Positions 41,071 through 50,567 of a stretch of DNA of 64,000 nt are shown here, piece by piece. Made by a program: the position numbers and the translations under genes. How positions within the stretch are numbered: the stretch's first letter is position 1; every line of letters starts with the position of its first letter. The DNA comes from Dehalococcoidia bacterium. Its GTDB lineage: Bacteria > Chloroflexota > Dehalococcoidia > UBA2979. The stretch spans positions 1,792,001 through 1,856,000 of the forward strand of contig OZ244720.1 in the NCBI GenBank assembly GCA_965219085.1, read 5' to 3'. Below the pieces are notes generated by a model. It made no database searches. It was not told the origin of the DNA and saw only the letters and a list, made by a program, of their open reading frames with translations.

Positions 41071-41733
41071 GTGGCGAACAGCCGGTCCCGCACGACCCGC
41101 GCAGCTTCCCCCGCGCGCACTACTACCGACGCACCGCCCGCCGACAACCCGCGCTGGGTCAACCTCGGGCGTGCGTGCGAAATCCTCGGGGTGAACGAGT
41201 CGACCGTGAGGCGCTGGGCGGACTCGGGCGAGATTCGCTGCTTCCGCACGCCGGGCGGCCACCGCCGCTTCGCCGAGGAGGACCTGCTCACCCTCATCCG
41301 TGGCGACCGCGACCACGCGCTCGAGGCCGCCGCGGTGCGGCGCATCCGCCGCCGCCTCCACTCCGGCAGCAAGGACTCCGGCTGGTACGGCTCGCTCGAT
41401 GCCGATGAGCGCGAGGCGCTGCGGCCGCTCGGGCGGCGGCTCGTCGAGCTCGTGGGCGACTACATCTCGCGCCGCCGGGCGCACGCGGAGATCGAGGCGG
41501 AGGTCGACGAGATCGGCCACAGCTACGGCGATCTGCTTGTGAGCCGCGAGACGCCGCTGCTGCGCGCGATGGAGGCGTTCACCTTCTTCCGCCGCTCGCT
41601 CGACGAGACCGCGAAGCAGCTCGCCGAGCGCGACCAGATGGATGCCGAGCGGGCGGCGCTCGCGCGCGAGCAGATCGGCGGCCTCGCCGACCGCGTGCTG
41701 CTCGGCGTGACCGCCGCGTACGACGACCGCTAA
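41071..41733 (+). CDS. MerR/excisionase-type HTH DNA-binding protein with a helical C-terminal domain
   Basis: ACEILGVNESTVRRWADSG...RTPGGHRRF. Confidence 0.8.
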   Translation: MANSRSRTTRAASPARTTTDAPPADNPRWVNLGRACEILGVNESTVRRWADSGEIRCFRTPGGHRRFAEEDLLTLIRGDRDHALEAAAVRRIRRRLHSGSKDSGWYGSLDADEREALRPLGRRLVELVGDYISRRRAHAEIEAEVDEIGHSYGDLLVSRETPLLRAMEAFTFFRRSLDETAKQLAERDQMDAERAALAREQIGGLADRVLLGVTAAYDDR

Positions 41734-41757
41734 CGACCGCTGGCAAGAGGGGCGCTC

Positions 41758-42489
41758 GTGGGCTACTACCCGATCTTCGTTGAGATGCAGGCGCGGCGCG
41801 TGCTGCTCGTCGGCGGCGGCAACGTCGCCCACGAGAAGATCGGCAAGCTCGTCGACGCCTCGGCCGACGTCACCGTCGTCGCCCCCGAGCTCAGCGAGCC
41901 GGTGCGGGCGATCGTCGAGGAGCACGGCTGCGAGTGGCTCGCCCGGCCCTACGAGCCGGGCGATGTCGAGGGCTACGAGGTGGTGATGGTCGCCACCGAC
42001 GACGGCGCTGTGAACGCGCAGGTCGCCTCCGAGGCGCGCGCGCTCGGCATCTGGGTCAACGCCGCCGACGATGTCGCGAACTGCGACTTCATCCTGCCCT
42101 CGCTGGCGAAGCGCGGGCGCATCGCCCTCGCCGCCTCCACCGGCGGCGCGAGCCCCGCGCTCGCGCGCTGGCTGCGCGAGCGGCTCGAGGAGTTCCTGGA
42201 CGACGAGGTCGTCGCGCTCGGCGACCTGCTGGCCGAGGTGCGGGTGCTCGCGCGCCAGCGCGACCGCGAGTGCGCGGCGCAGTGCGACCGCACACGCACG
42301 CCGCCGCCGCTGCTGTGCGCGGAGTGCCCGAACCGCATCGCGACCGACACGTGGCAGGAGGCCATCGACGCCGACCTGCGGGCGCTGCTGCGCGCCGGGG
42401 AGTACGAGGCCGCCCGCGACCGCATCATCACGACCCTCGGACTCGACCAGCCCCGCGCGGTCCCCGAGTGGCAGGGGCAGCCGGCATGA
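41758..42489 (+). CDS. sirC: Precorrin-2 dehydrogenase / sirohydrochlorin ferrochelatase (SirC, CysG N-terminal type)
   Basis: YYPIF, VGGGNVA, ATDD..VN, VNAAD...CDFILP, STGGASP. Confidence 0.88.
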   Translation: MGYYPIFVEMQARRVLLVGGGNVAHEKIGKLVDASADVTVVAPELSEPVRAIVEEHGCEWLARPYEPGDVEGYEVVMVATDDGAVNAQVASEARALGIWVNAADDVANCDFILPSLAKRGRIALAASTGGASPALARWLRERLEEFLDDEVVALGDLLAEVRVLARQRDRECAAQCDRTRTPPPLLCAECPNRIATDTWQEAIDADLRALLRAGEYEAARDRIITTLGLDQPRAVPEWQGQPA

Positions 42490-43793
42490 CGGCCAGCGCC
42501 GGGCGAACCGAGCAGGCCTCGATGCTCACGATGGTCGGCCTCAGCCACCACAACGCGCCGCTCGCCGTGCGCGAGCGCTTCGCGATCCCGGCGGACGCCC
42601 TTCCGACCGTGCGTCACGAGGTCGCCGAGCGCTTCGGCGCGGGCGCGATCGTGGCGACCTGCAACCGCCTCGAACTCTACGTGCCGGGCGACCACGCGCA
42701 GGCGGAGCTGAGCGACTTCCTGTCCGGCGCCGCCGAGGTCGAGTCCTCGCTCGGCCAGCGCTACCTGCTGCCGCGCCGCGACGACGAGGCGGTGAGCCAC
42801 CTCTACGCGGTCGCCGCGGGCATCGACTCGATGGTTGTCGGCGAGTCCGAGATCCTCGGGCAGGTGCGCGGGGCGTTCTCGGCGACGGTCACGGCCGGGG
42901 CCGACACCGCGCTGCTCTCGCGGCTCTTCCACACCGCGATCCGCGTGGGCCGGCGCGCCCGCAGCGAGACCGCGATCGGGCACGGTGCGCTCTCGATCTC
43001 CTCGATCGCCGCGCAGCAGGCGCGCACGCTCGTCCCCGACCTGACGCGGGCGGCGGTGCTCGTCATCGGCGCCGGCGAGGCGGGACGGCTCGCCGCAGCC
43101 GCGCTCGTCGACCACGGCGTGGGCTCGATCGCCGTCAGCAACCGCACGGCGTCGCGCGCCGAGGCACTGGCCGAGGAGCTCGGCGGCCGCAGCGTGCCCT
43201 ACGAGACCGTCGGCGCCGCGCTGGCTGCCGCCGACGTGGTGATCGCCGCCACCGACGCGCCCGAGCCCCTGCTCAACGCCGGCCGCGTCGCGAGCGCCCT
43301 CGTGCGCCGCGAGGGCGGCCCGATGCTGATCGTCGACATCGGCGTGCCGCGCGCCGCCGACCCGGCCGTCGCCGCCGTGCCAGGCGTCACGTACCGCGAC
43401 ATCGACGACCTCCAGGAGGTCGCCGCGCGCCACGCGCAGGCCCGCGCCGCCGAGGTCGCCACCGTCGAGGCGTTGATCGAGACGGAGACCGCGGACTTCC
43501 TCGAGTGGTGGGCGCACCTGCGGATCGTGCCGACGATCAGCGCGCTGACCGAGCGCGCCGAGCGGATGCGGCAGACCGAACTCGACCGCACCCTGCGCCG
43601 CCTCGACGCCACGCCGGAGCAGCGCGACCAGCTCGACGCGATGACGCGGGCGCTGGTGCGCCGCATCCTGCACGACCCGATCACGACGCTGCGCGAGCGC
43701 GGCGACCGCGACGTGTACCTCGACGCCGTCCGCGAGCTGTTCCGGCTCGACGAGTCGGCCGGCCCGGCCGGCGACGCCGACGGCGCCGCGTAG
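42486..43793 (+). CDS. hemA: Glutamyl-tRNA reductase
   Basis: GLSH..AP..VRE, TCNRLE, GIDSMVVGESEILGQ, IGAGE, NRT. Confidence 0.95.
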   Translation: MTASAGRTEQASMLTMVGLSHHNAPLAVRERFAIPADALPTVRHEVAERFGAGAIVATCNRLELYVPGDHAQAELSDFLSGAAEVESSLGQRYLLPRRDDEAVSHLYAVAAGIDSMVVGESEILGQVRGAFSATVTAGADTALLSRLFHTAIRVGRRARSETAIGHGALSISSIAAQQARTLVPDLTRAAVLVIGAGEAGRLAAAALVDHGVGSIAVSNRTASRAEALAEELGGRSVPYETVGAALAAADVVIAATDAPEPLLNAGRVASALVRREGGPMLIVDIGVPRAADPAVAAVPGVTYRDIDDLQEVAARHAQARAAEVATVEALIETETADFLEWWAHLRIVPTISALTERAERMRQTELDRTLRRLDATPEQRDQLDAMTRALVRRILHDPITTLRERGDRDVYLDAVRELFRLDESAGPAGDADGAA

Positions 43794-43815
43794 CCCAGCG
43801 CCGGGGATACGAACG

Positions 43816-44727
43816 ATGACCTCGCTGCGGCTCGCAACTCGCGGCTCGCGCCTGGCGCGGGCGCAGAGCGACATCGCCGCCGACGAGCTGCGCGCCGCCG
43901 ACCCCGCGCTCGACATCGACTACGTGCTGGTGCGCACCGAGGGCGACGCCGACCGCACGTCGCCGCTGCACCAGATCGGCGGGCGCGGCGTGTTCGTGCG
44001 CGCCGTGGAGCTCGCGCTCCTCGACGGCCGCGCCGACATCGCGATGCACTCGCTCAAGGACGTACCGACCGCCCCCGTCGAGGGGCTGACGCTGGCCGCG
44101 ATCCTCACGCGCGGCGACCCGCGCGACGTGCTCGTGGCGTCCGGGGGCCGCCGCCTCGCCGAGCTGCCGGCCGGAGCGCGCGTCGGCACCAGCTCGGTGC
44201 GCCGCCGCCTGCTGCTGCAGGTGCTGCGCCCGGACATCGACGTCGTCGAGATCCGCGGCAACGTCGACACGCGTATGGCCAAGGTCGCGAGCGGCGAGTA
44301 CGACGCAGTGGTGCTCGCCGCCGCCGGGCTCGACCGCCTCGGCCGCATCGACGAGGCGACGCAGATCTTCGAGGCGCTCGAGTTCCTCCCGTCGCCCGGC
44401 CAGGGCGCGATCGCCGTGCAGTGCCGCGAGGACGACACCGACACCATCGAGCGGCTGCTCGCCATCGACGACGCCGGCACGCGCGCAGCGGTCGAGGCCG
44501 AGCGTGGCTTCCTCGCCGAACTCGGGGCGGGCTGCTCGCTGCCGGTGGGCGCGTACGCGCAGATCGACGGCGACCTCGTCGCCCTGCGAGCGATGCTCGG
44601 CGACGATGCTGCGGAGCACGCGCGGTTCGGCGACGCGGCGGGCCCGTCGGCAGACGGCGCCGACATTGGGCGCGGGCTGGCGCAGCAGTTGCTCGCCCCG
44701 CCCCCGGACGCGAACGGCACGCCATGA
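43816..44727 (+). CDS. hemC: Hydroxymethylbilane synthase
   Basis: TRGSRLA..Q, HSLKD, GTSSVRR, IRGNVDTR, GCSLP. Confidence 0.95.
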   Translation: MTSLRLATRGSRLARAQSDIAADELRAADPALDIDYVLVRTEGDADRTSPLHQIGGRGVFVRAVELALLDGRADIAMHSLKDVPTAPVEGLTLAAILTRGDPRDVLVASGGRRLAELPAGARVGTSSVRRRLLLQVLRPDIDVVEIRGNVDTRMAKVASGEYDAVVLAAAGLDRLGRIDEATQIFEALEFLPSPGQGAIAVQCREDDTDTIERLLAIDDAGTRAAVEAERGFLAELGAGCSLPVGAYAQIDGDLVALRAMLGDDAAEHARFGDAAGPSADGADIGRGLAQQLLAPPPDANGTP

Positions 44728-46271
44728 CCGAGGGCTCCGTGATCGGGGCCGCGCCGGGCCACGTCTGGCTCGTCGGCGCGGGGCCGGGCGATCCCGGCCT
44801 CGTCACTCAGGCCGGGCTGCGCACGCTGCGCGACGCCGAAGTCGTGCTCTACGACCGTCTCGCACCGCCTGAACTCCTCGACGCGTGTGCCGATGGCGCC
44901 GAGCGCATCGACGTCGGCAAGGCGCCGGGCCGCGCCGCGATGACGCAGGAGCAGATCAACGCCGCGCTCATCGAGCATGCGCGCGCCGGCAAGCGCGTCG
45001 TGCGGCTCAAGGGCGGCGACCCCTTCGTGTTCGGTCGCGGCGGCGAGGAGCTCGAGGCACTCGCCGCGGCGGGCCTCGAGGCGACGGTCGTGCCGGGGGT
45101 CACCTCGGCGATCGGCGGGCTCGCCGCCGCCGGCATCCCGGTCACGCACCGCGGCGTCGCGGCGAGCTTCGCCGTGGTCACGGGGCACGAGGACCCCACC
45201 AAGCCTGCCGCACAAGTCCGATGGGCCGAGCTGGCGACCGCGACCGACACGCTCGTCGTGCTGATGGGCGTGGGCCGCCTCGACGGCATCGCGCGCGCGC
45301 TCATCGACGGCGGACGCCCGCCGTCGACGCCGGCGGCGCTGGTCGTCGAGGCGACGACGCCGCGCCAGCGTGTGGTCGAGGCCCCGCTCGGCGGCATCGC
45401 CGAGGCGGCGCGCGAGGCGCGCGTCGAGCCGCCCGCGCTGCTCGTCGTCGGCGATGTGGTTTCGGTACGCGAGCGCGTCGCGCCGGCGCTGCGCCGCCCG
45501 CTCGCGGGCTGGCGCGTGCTGGTCACGCGCACGCGACAGCAGGCCTCGACGCTCGCCGAGGCGCTGACCGCCGAGGGCGCGCAGCCCGTCCTGCTCCCCG
45601 CCATCGAGATCGCCCGCCGCGCCGACCCCGGCGCCGTCCGCGCCGCCATCAAGACACTGCGAGCAGGCGCCTATGACTGGGTCGCGTTCACCTCCGCGAA
45701 CGCCGTCGAGGCCTGGTTCGACCTCGTGCGCGAGGCGGGCGAGGACGCGCGGGTCTTCGCCGGTGCGGGCCTCGCCGCCGTCGGCGCGGCGACGGCGCGC
45801 GCGCTCGAAGCGCGCGGGCTGTCGGCTGACCTCGTGCCGACGCGCGCGAGCGGCGACGGCGTCGCCGATGCGCTCATCGAGCGCGGCGTCGAGGGCGCAC
45901 GCGTCCTCGTCCCGCGCGCCGAACGCGCCGACCCGGCGCTCGTCGAGCGCCTGCGCGCCGCCGGCGCGACGGTCGACGAGGTCACGCTCTACCTCGCGGC
46001 CCCGCCCGCCGCCCCACCGCCCGAGGTGCTCGACGCCGTGCGCGCCGGCGAGATCGACGCGGTGACGTTCACCTCGTCCTCGACGGTGCGGAACCTCGCC
46101 ACCCTCCTCGGCGGCGACCTCGACGCGCTGCGCGAAGCGGTGGTGGCGTGCATCGGCCCGCAGACGGCGGCAGCGGCCATCGAGGCGGGGTTGCCGCCGC
46201 AGGTGGTGTCGGAGCAGCCCTCGGTCGACGCGTTGGTGGGGGCGCTGCGAAGATACGCGGCGGAGGCGTGA
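44724..46271 (+). CDS. cobA: Uroporphyrinogen-III C-methyltransferase / uroporphyrinogen-III synthase fusion (CobA-HemD)
   Basis: VGAGPGDP, RLKGGDPFVFGRGGEE, then VLVTR, FTSANAV, FTSSSTV. Confidence 0.93.
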   Translation: MTEGSVIGAAPGHVWLVGAGPGDPGLVTQAGLRTLRDAEVVLYDRLAPPELLDACADGAERIDVGKAPGRAAMTQEQINAALIEHARAGKRVVRLKGGDPFVFGRGGEELEALAAAGLEATVVPGVTSAIGGLAAAGIPVTHRGVAASFAVVTGHEDPTKPAAQVRWAELATATDTLVVLMGVGRLDGIARALIDGGRPPSTPAALVVEATTPRQRVVEAPLGGIAEAAREARVEPPALLVVGDVVSVRERVAPALRRPLAGWRVLVTRTRQQASTLAEALTAEGAQPVLLPAIEIARRADPGAVRAAIKTLRAGAYDWVAFTSANAVEAWFDLVREAGEDARVFAGAGLAAVGAATARALEARGLSADLVPTRASGDGVADALIERGVEGARVLVPRAERADPALVERLRAAGATVDEVTLYLAAPPAAPPPEVLDAVRAGEIDAVTFTSSSTVRNLATLLGGDLDALREAVVACIGPQTAAAAIEAGLPPQVVSEQPSVDALVGALRRYAAEA

Positions 46272-46284
46272 TGGCAGCGTCGAC

Positions 46285-46788
46285 CTACGCTGCCTCCGTC
46301 CTCAGCCGCGCGAGCTCCTCCGCCTCACGAATGATCTCGTCCATGAACGGCATGCGGTCGTGGGGGACGGAGTAGCGGGCCGTCTCGTTACCGCTGGCGT
46401 CGAAATCGTGGCGGTGGAGCGTGTTCACATCCTCGCGGTAGTTGTCGTAGCGGAACAGCGGGACGCTCGCGCCGACGCTCGGCTGCCACATCGCCTGGTA
46501 GCGATACGCGACGGTGCGGCCGCGCGGGTTGGCCTCGTCTATGCGGCCGACCGGACGCAAGCTCTTGCGCACATCCAGCACACCGCCGCTTCGTGTGCGG
46601 ACTCGTCCGATCAATCGAAATCGGTCCGTACGCCGAACGAACCGAAGCGTGTCGGAAACTACGATTCCTTCGCTGCGGAGGGCGTCCATCTTGCGGTCGT
46701 GGACGAGTCGGTAGTTCCAGAACCGCTGAGGGTTGCGTACGCGTCGCTCGCCAGGATCCGCTGGAGGTCGTGGTAGTCCATCATCCAC
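46285..46788 (-). CDS. Putative toxin, TumE/DUF6516-like (start uncertain)
   Basis: YRYQ...LFRYDN...H.H motif; overlaps the 3' end of the upstream acidic gene. Confidence 0.55.
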   Translation of the reverse strand: MDDGLPRPPADPGERRVRNPQRFWNYRLVHDRKMDALRSEGIVVSDTLRFVRRTDRFRLIGRVRTRSGGVLDVRKSLRPVGRIDEANPRGRTVAYRYQAMWQPSVGASVPLFRYDNYREDVNTLHRHDFDASGNETARYSVPHDRMPFMDEIIREAEELARLRTEAA

Positions 46789-47237
46789 AGGCAGATTTCA
46801 TCCGTCTCGCGCTCGGTTCCGGCAAGCATCGCGTTCCACATGTACTCGGACGAGCACTCGTAGCGGAACTCCATCTTCGCGATGTTCGCCCGTAGCTCTT
46901 CGAGCTCCTCCTCCAGCGTGACAACCTTCGTCTGAGCAAGCAGGACGCGCACGTATTCGGCGCGCGAGGCCAGGGCGGCCGCGTCGTCCGCGGGGTTGTC
47001 GGGAGGGATGAGGCCTTCGTACAAGGGGTTGACGAGGATGTCGCGCAGCAAGCGCCAGTGCATCATCCAGTCGAAGACCTCTTCCTGCCCGGCTTCGTCC
47101 TCGGGTTCGTCGCCGTCTTGCCAGCGATTCCACATCTCCTCGGACGTGCAGCCGTAACGGCGCTCCATGGGTCGCACGTGCGCGCGCGTTTCCCTGACCG
47201 TCGCCGCCACCCACTGGCCCCGCTCGGCAGTGTCCAT
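46659..47237 (-). CDS. Putative antitoxin with a tandemly duplicated TumA-like domain
   Basis: Two copies of ME.RY.C.SE.MW....G...(D/E)....WMM. Confidence 0.6.
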   Translation of the reverse strand: MDTAERGQWVAATVRETRAHVRPMERRYGCTSEEMWNRWQDGDEPEDEAGQEEVFDWMMHWRLLRDILVNPLYEGLIPPDNPADDAAALASRAEYVRVLLAQTKVVTLEEELEELRANIAKMEFRYECSSEYMWNAMLAGTERETDEICLWMMDYHDLQRILASDAYATLSGSGTTDSSTTARWTPSAAKES

Positions 47238-47324
47238 CGTCGCGCCTTCCGCTGACCCTGACGTTGACTATCATACCCACGACGCCCTCGCCGCCGCTGC
47301 AAGCTCGAACGAGGAGGCCACGCC

Positions 47325-48323
47325 ATGACCATCGCCACACGACGGGCGACCACGTTCACCCGCACCCGACGCCTGCGCGCCAGCGAGGCGCTGCGAGGAC
47401 TCGTGCGGGAGACGCGCATCGACCCGGCGTCGTTCATCTACCCACTGTTCGTCGTCGAGGGACGCGGGGTGCGCGAGCCGATCGGGTCGATGCCGGGGCA
47501 GTTCCGGCTCTCGACCGACATGCTCGCCGCCGAGGCTGCCGAGCTGCGTGACCTCGGCGTGCGCGCGGTGCTGCTGTTCGGCGTGCCCGACCACAAGGAC
47601 GCCGAGGGGACCGGGGCGTGGATCGCCGAAGGCATCACGCAGCGCGCCGTCGACGCGCTCAAGCAGGCCGACCCCTCGCTCGCCGTCGTCGCCGACGTCT
47701 GCCTCTGCGAGTACACCGACCACGGTCACTGCGGCCCGCTCAACGCGCGCGGCGAGGTCGAGAACGACGCCGCGATCGAGTTGCTCGCGCGCACCTCGGT
47801 CTCGCTGGCCGCGGCGGGCGTGGACATGGTGGCGCCCTCGGACATGATGGACGGGCGCGTCGGCGCCATCCGCGGGGCGCTCGATGAGTCCGGCTACGCG
47901 CAGCTGCCGATCATGGCCTACAGCGCGAAGTACGCCTCGGCGTTCTACGGGCCGTTCCGCGAGGCCGCCGGCTCGGCGCCGCAGTTCGGCGACCGGCGCG
48001 GCTACCAGATGGACCCGCCGAACGTGCGCGAGGCGATCCGCGAGGTCACGATCGACATCGAAGAGCAGGCCGACATCGTGATGGTGAAGCCCGCCCTCGC
48101 CTACCTCGACGTGGTGCGCGCGGTGCGCGACTCGACCGAACTGCCGGTGGCGGCGTACAACGTGTCGGGCGAGTACGCGATGCTGAAGGCCGCGGCCGCC
48201 CAGGGGTGGATCGACGAGGAGCGCGTGATGATGGAGACGCTGACCGGCATCCGCCGCGCCGGCGCCGACATCGTCATCACGTACCACGCGAAGGAGGCGG
48301 CACGCTGGCTTCGTCAAGCTTGA
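47325..48323 (+). CDS. hemB: Porphobilinogen synthase (Zn-type)
   Basis: [45 protein letters not shown]. Confidence 0.96.
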   Translation: MTIATRRATTFTRTRRLRASEALRGLVRETRIDPASFIYPLFVVEGRGVREPIGSMPGQFRLSTDMLAAEAAELRDLGVRAVLLFGVPDHKDAEGTGAWIAEGITQRAVDALKQADPSLAVVADVCLCEYTDHGHCGPLNARGEVENDAAIELLARTSVSLAAAGVDMVAPSDMMDGRVGAIRGALDESGYAQLPIMAYSAKYASAFYGPFREAAGSAPQFGDRRGYQMDPPNVREAIREVTIDIEEQADIVMVKPALAYLDVVRAVRDSTELPVAAYNVSGEYAMLKAAAAQGWIDEERVMMETLTGIRRAGADIVITYHAKEAARWLRQA

Positions 48324-49141
48324 CCGACGTCCCGCTCGACCCGGAACCGTTCGACCCCGGCGCGATCCGCGCCGTGGCGTTCGACGCCTACGGCACGCTC
48401 CTCTACTGGGACTTCCGCGAAGTCCTCGAGCAGGCGCTCAACGACCAGGGACTCGCGGTCGACGACATCACGGCCGCGGCAAGGAGCTTCGAGTCAGCGT
48501 GGAACCACGTCAGCCCGTGGGCCACGAGCGAGGACGGCAAGCTGGACCGCGACGCCATGTTCGCCGGACCCGCGCCCGAGTTCATCACCACGTGGGAGAT
48601 CTGGCGTCGCCAGTTCACGGGGCTCTTCGAGGACAGCGAACTCGACGGCGACCCGACGCTCGGCGCGAACCTCTTCCGCGAGGTGCTCAGCCACGCGCCG
48701 GCCTTCGACGACGCGCACGACGTGGTTGAGGCGCTCCACCTCGCGGGGTACCGCCTCGGCCTGCTCTCGAACGCCGACGAGGACTTCCTGCAGAGCGCGG
48801 TCTCGCACAATCGGCTGCGCTTCTCCGTGATCCAGTCGTCGGAGTCGCTGCGGGTCTACAAGCCGAACCGCGCCGCCTTCCTCGAACTGTGCCACCGCCT
48901 CGGCTGCCGGCCCGACGAGGTGCTCTACGTCGGGGACTCGGCGCAGGCGGACGTCGCCGGTGCGCGCCACGCCGGGCTCCGCGTCGCGTGGCTCAGCGAG
49001 CGCGCCGGCCACGAGCTGCCCGACGGCTACCCACGCCCCGACTTCACCGTCGACTCGCTGACCGGCGCCGCCGCGCTCCTCGGCGTCACCGTGCCCGCGG
49101 CCCCTGCGGGGTATCCCGGCGTGCAGAGCAGTTCGAGCTGA
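48320..49141 (+). CDS. HAD-superfamily hydrolase
   Basis: [22 protein letters not shown]. Confidence 0.88.
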   Translation: MTDVPLDPEPFDPGAIRAVAFDAYGTLLYWDFREVLEQALNDQGLAVDDITAAARSFESAWNHVSPWATSEDGKLDRDAMFAGPAPEFITTWEIWRRQFTGLFEDSELDGDPTLGANLFREVLSHAPAFDDAHDVVEALHLAGYRLGLLSNADEDFLQSAVSHNRLRFSVIQSSESLRVYKPNRAAFLELCHRLGCRPDEVLYVGDSAQADVAGARHAGLRVAWLSERAGHELPDGYPRPDFTVDSLTGAAALLGVTVPAAPAGYPGVQSSSS

Positions 49142-49146
49142 CGCCG

Positions 49147-50460
49147 ATGACCGACGCGCCCGCTCGCAGCTACGAGCGCTCGCACGCCGTGATGGAGCGT
49201 GCACGAGACGTGCTGCCCGGCGGCGTGAACTCACCGGCGCGCGCCTACCGGGCCGTGGGCGGCGACCCGGTCGTGATCGCACACGGCGTCGGCGCGACCC
49301 TCACCGACGTCGATGGCAACGAGTACATCGACTACCTCGGCTCGTTCGGGCCGCTCATCCTCGGCAGCGCGCATCCCGACGTCGTCGCCGCCGTGCAGGC
49401 CGCAGCCGCCGGCGGTACGTCGTTCGGCGCGCCGACGGAGGCCGAGGCCGAGCTCGCCGAGCTCGTGACCGGCGCGCTGCCGTCGGTCGAGATGGTGCGC
49501 TTCGTCAACTCGGGCACCGAGGCGACGATGAGCGCGCTGCGGCTCGCGCGCGCGGCCACCAGCCGCGACCTGATCGTGAAGTTCGACGGCTGCTACCACG
49601 GCCACGCGGACGGGCTGCTCGCCTCGGCCGGCTCGGGCGTCGCGACGCTCGGGCTGCCGGACTCGCCGGGCGTGCCCGCCGTCTTCGCCGCACAGACCAT
49701 CGTCGTGCCGTTCAACGATGCTGCTGCGGTCGCCGCGACGTTCGAAGCGCACCCCGGCATCGCGGCTGTGGTGGTCGAGCCCGTCGCCGGCAACATGGGC
49801 GTCGTGCCCCCCGCACCCGGCTTCCTCGAAGCCCTGCGCGATCTCTGCGACGCGCACGGCGCGCTGCTCGTGTTCGACGAGGTGATGACGGGGTTCCGCG
49901 TCGCGTGGGACGGGGCGCAGGGCCGCTACGGCGTGCGGCCGGACATCACGGCGCTCGGCAAGGTCGTCGGCGGCGGGTTGCCTGTCGGCGCCTACGGCGG
50001 ACCGCGCGCGCTGCTCGAGCGCATGGCGCCGGCCGGCGACGTCTACCAGGCCGGGACACTCTCCGGGAACCCGCTCGCGATGGCCGCCGGGCTCGCCACG
50101 CTGCGCGCGCTCCGCGCCGACGAGGGCGCGTTCGACCGGCTCGAGTCGCTCGCGTCGCGACTCGAAGCGGGGCTGCGGGAGGCGGCCGAGCAGGCCGGCG
50201 CGACGATCGCCATCGGCCGCGTCGGCTCGATGCTGACCGTGTTCTTCCGCGATGAGCCGCCCACCGACTACGCCGAGGCGGCCACCAGCGACACCGCCCG
50301 CTTCGCGCGCTTCCACCGTGCGCTGCTCGACCGCGGCGTGATGCTGCCGCCCTCGCAGTTCGAGGCGTGGTTCGTCTCACTCGCCCACGACGAGGCGCTC
50401 ATCGACCGCACGGTCGAGGCCGTCGGCGAGGCGCTGGAGGCGAGCGCCGCCCGGGCATAG
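49147..50460 (+). CDS. hemL: Glutamate-1-semialdehyde 2,1-aminomutase
   Basis: PGGVNSP, NSGTEA, YHGH, FDEVMTGFR, GKVVGGG, PSQFE. Confidence 0.96.
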   Translation: MTDAPARSYERSHAVMERARDVLPGGVNSPARAYRAVGGDPVVIAHGVGATLTDVDGNEYIDYLGSFGPLILGSAHPDVVAAVQAAAAGGTSFGAPTEAEAELAELVTGALPSVEMVRFVNSGTEATMSALRLARAATSRDLIVKFDGCYHGHADGLLASAGSGVATLGLPDSPGVPAVFAAQTIVVPFNDAAAVAATFEAHPGIAAVVVEPVAGNMGVVPPAPGFLEALRDLCDAHGALLVFDEVMTGFRVAWDGAQGRYGVRPDITALGKVVGGGLPVGAYGGPRALLERMAPAGDVYQAGTLSGNPLAMAAGLATLRALRADEGAFDRLESLASRLEAGLREAAEQAGATIAIGRVGSMLTVFFRDEPPTDYAEAATSDTARFARFHRALLDRGVMLPPSQFEAWFVSLAHDEALIDRTVEAVGEALEASAARA

Positions 50461-50567
50461 CACGAGCGGGCCAGCCCTCCTGAGCGCGCGCATCACATGC
50501 GCAACCTTGACGCGGGCACCATCACCGCCCAGGACTCTCCGCTCGGTACAGCGACCGGAGGCACGAA

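Noticed and set aside
28503-43916. Long antisense or alternate-frame ORFs (e.g. 28503-30482 +, 41973-43916 -; also 4816-7404 +)
   Set aside because: Arg/Ala/Pro-rich shadows of real genes, expected at high GC
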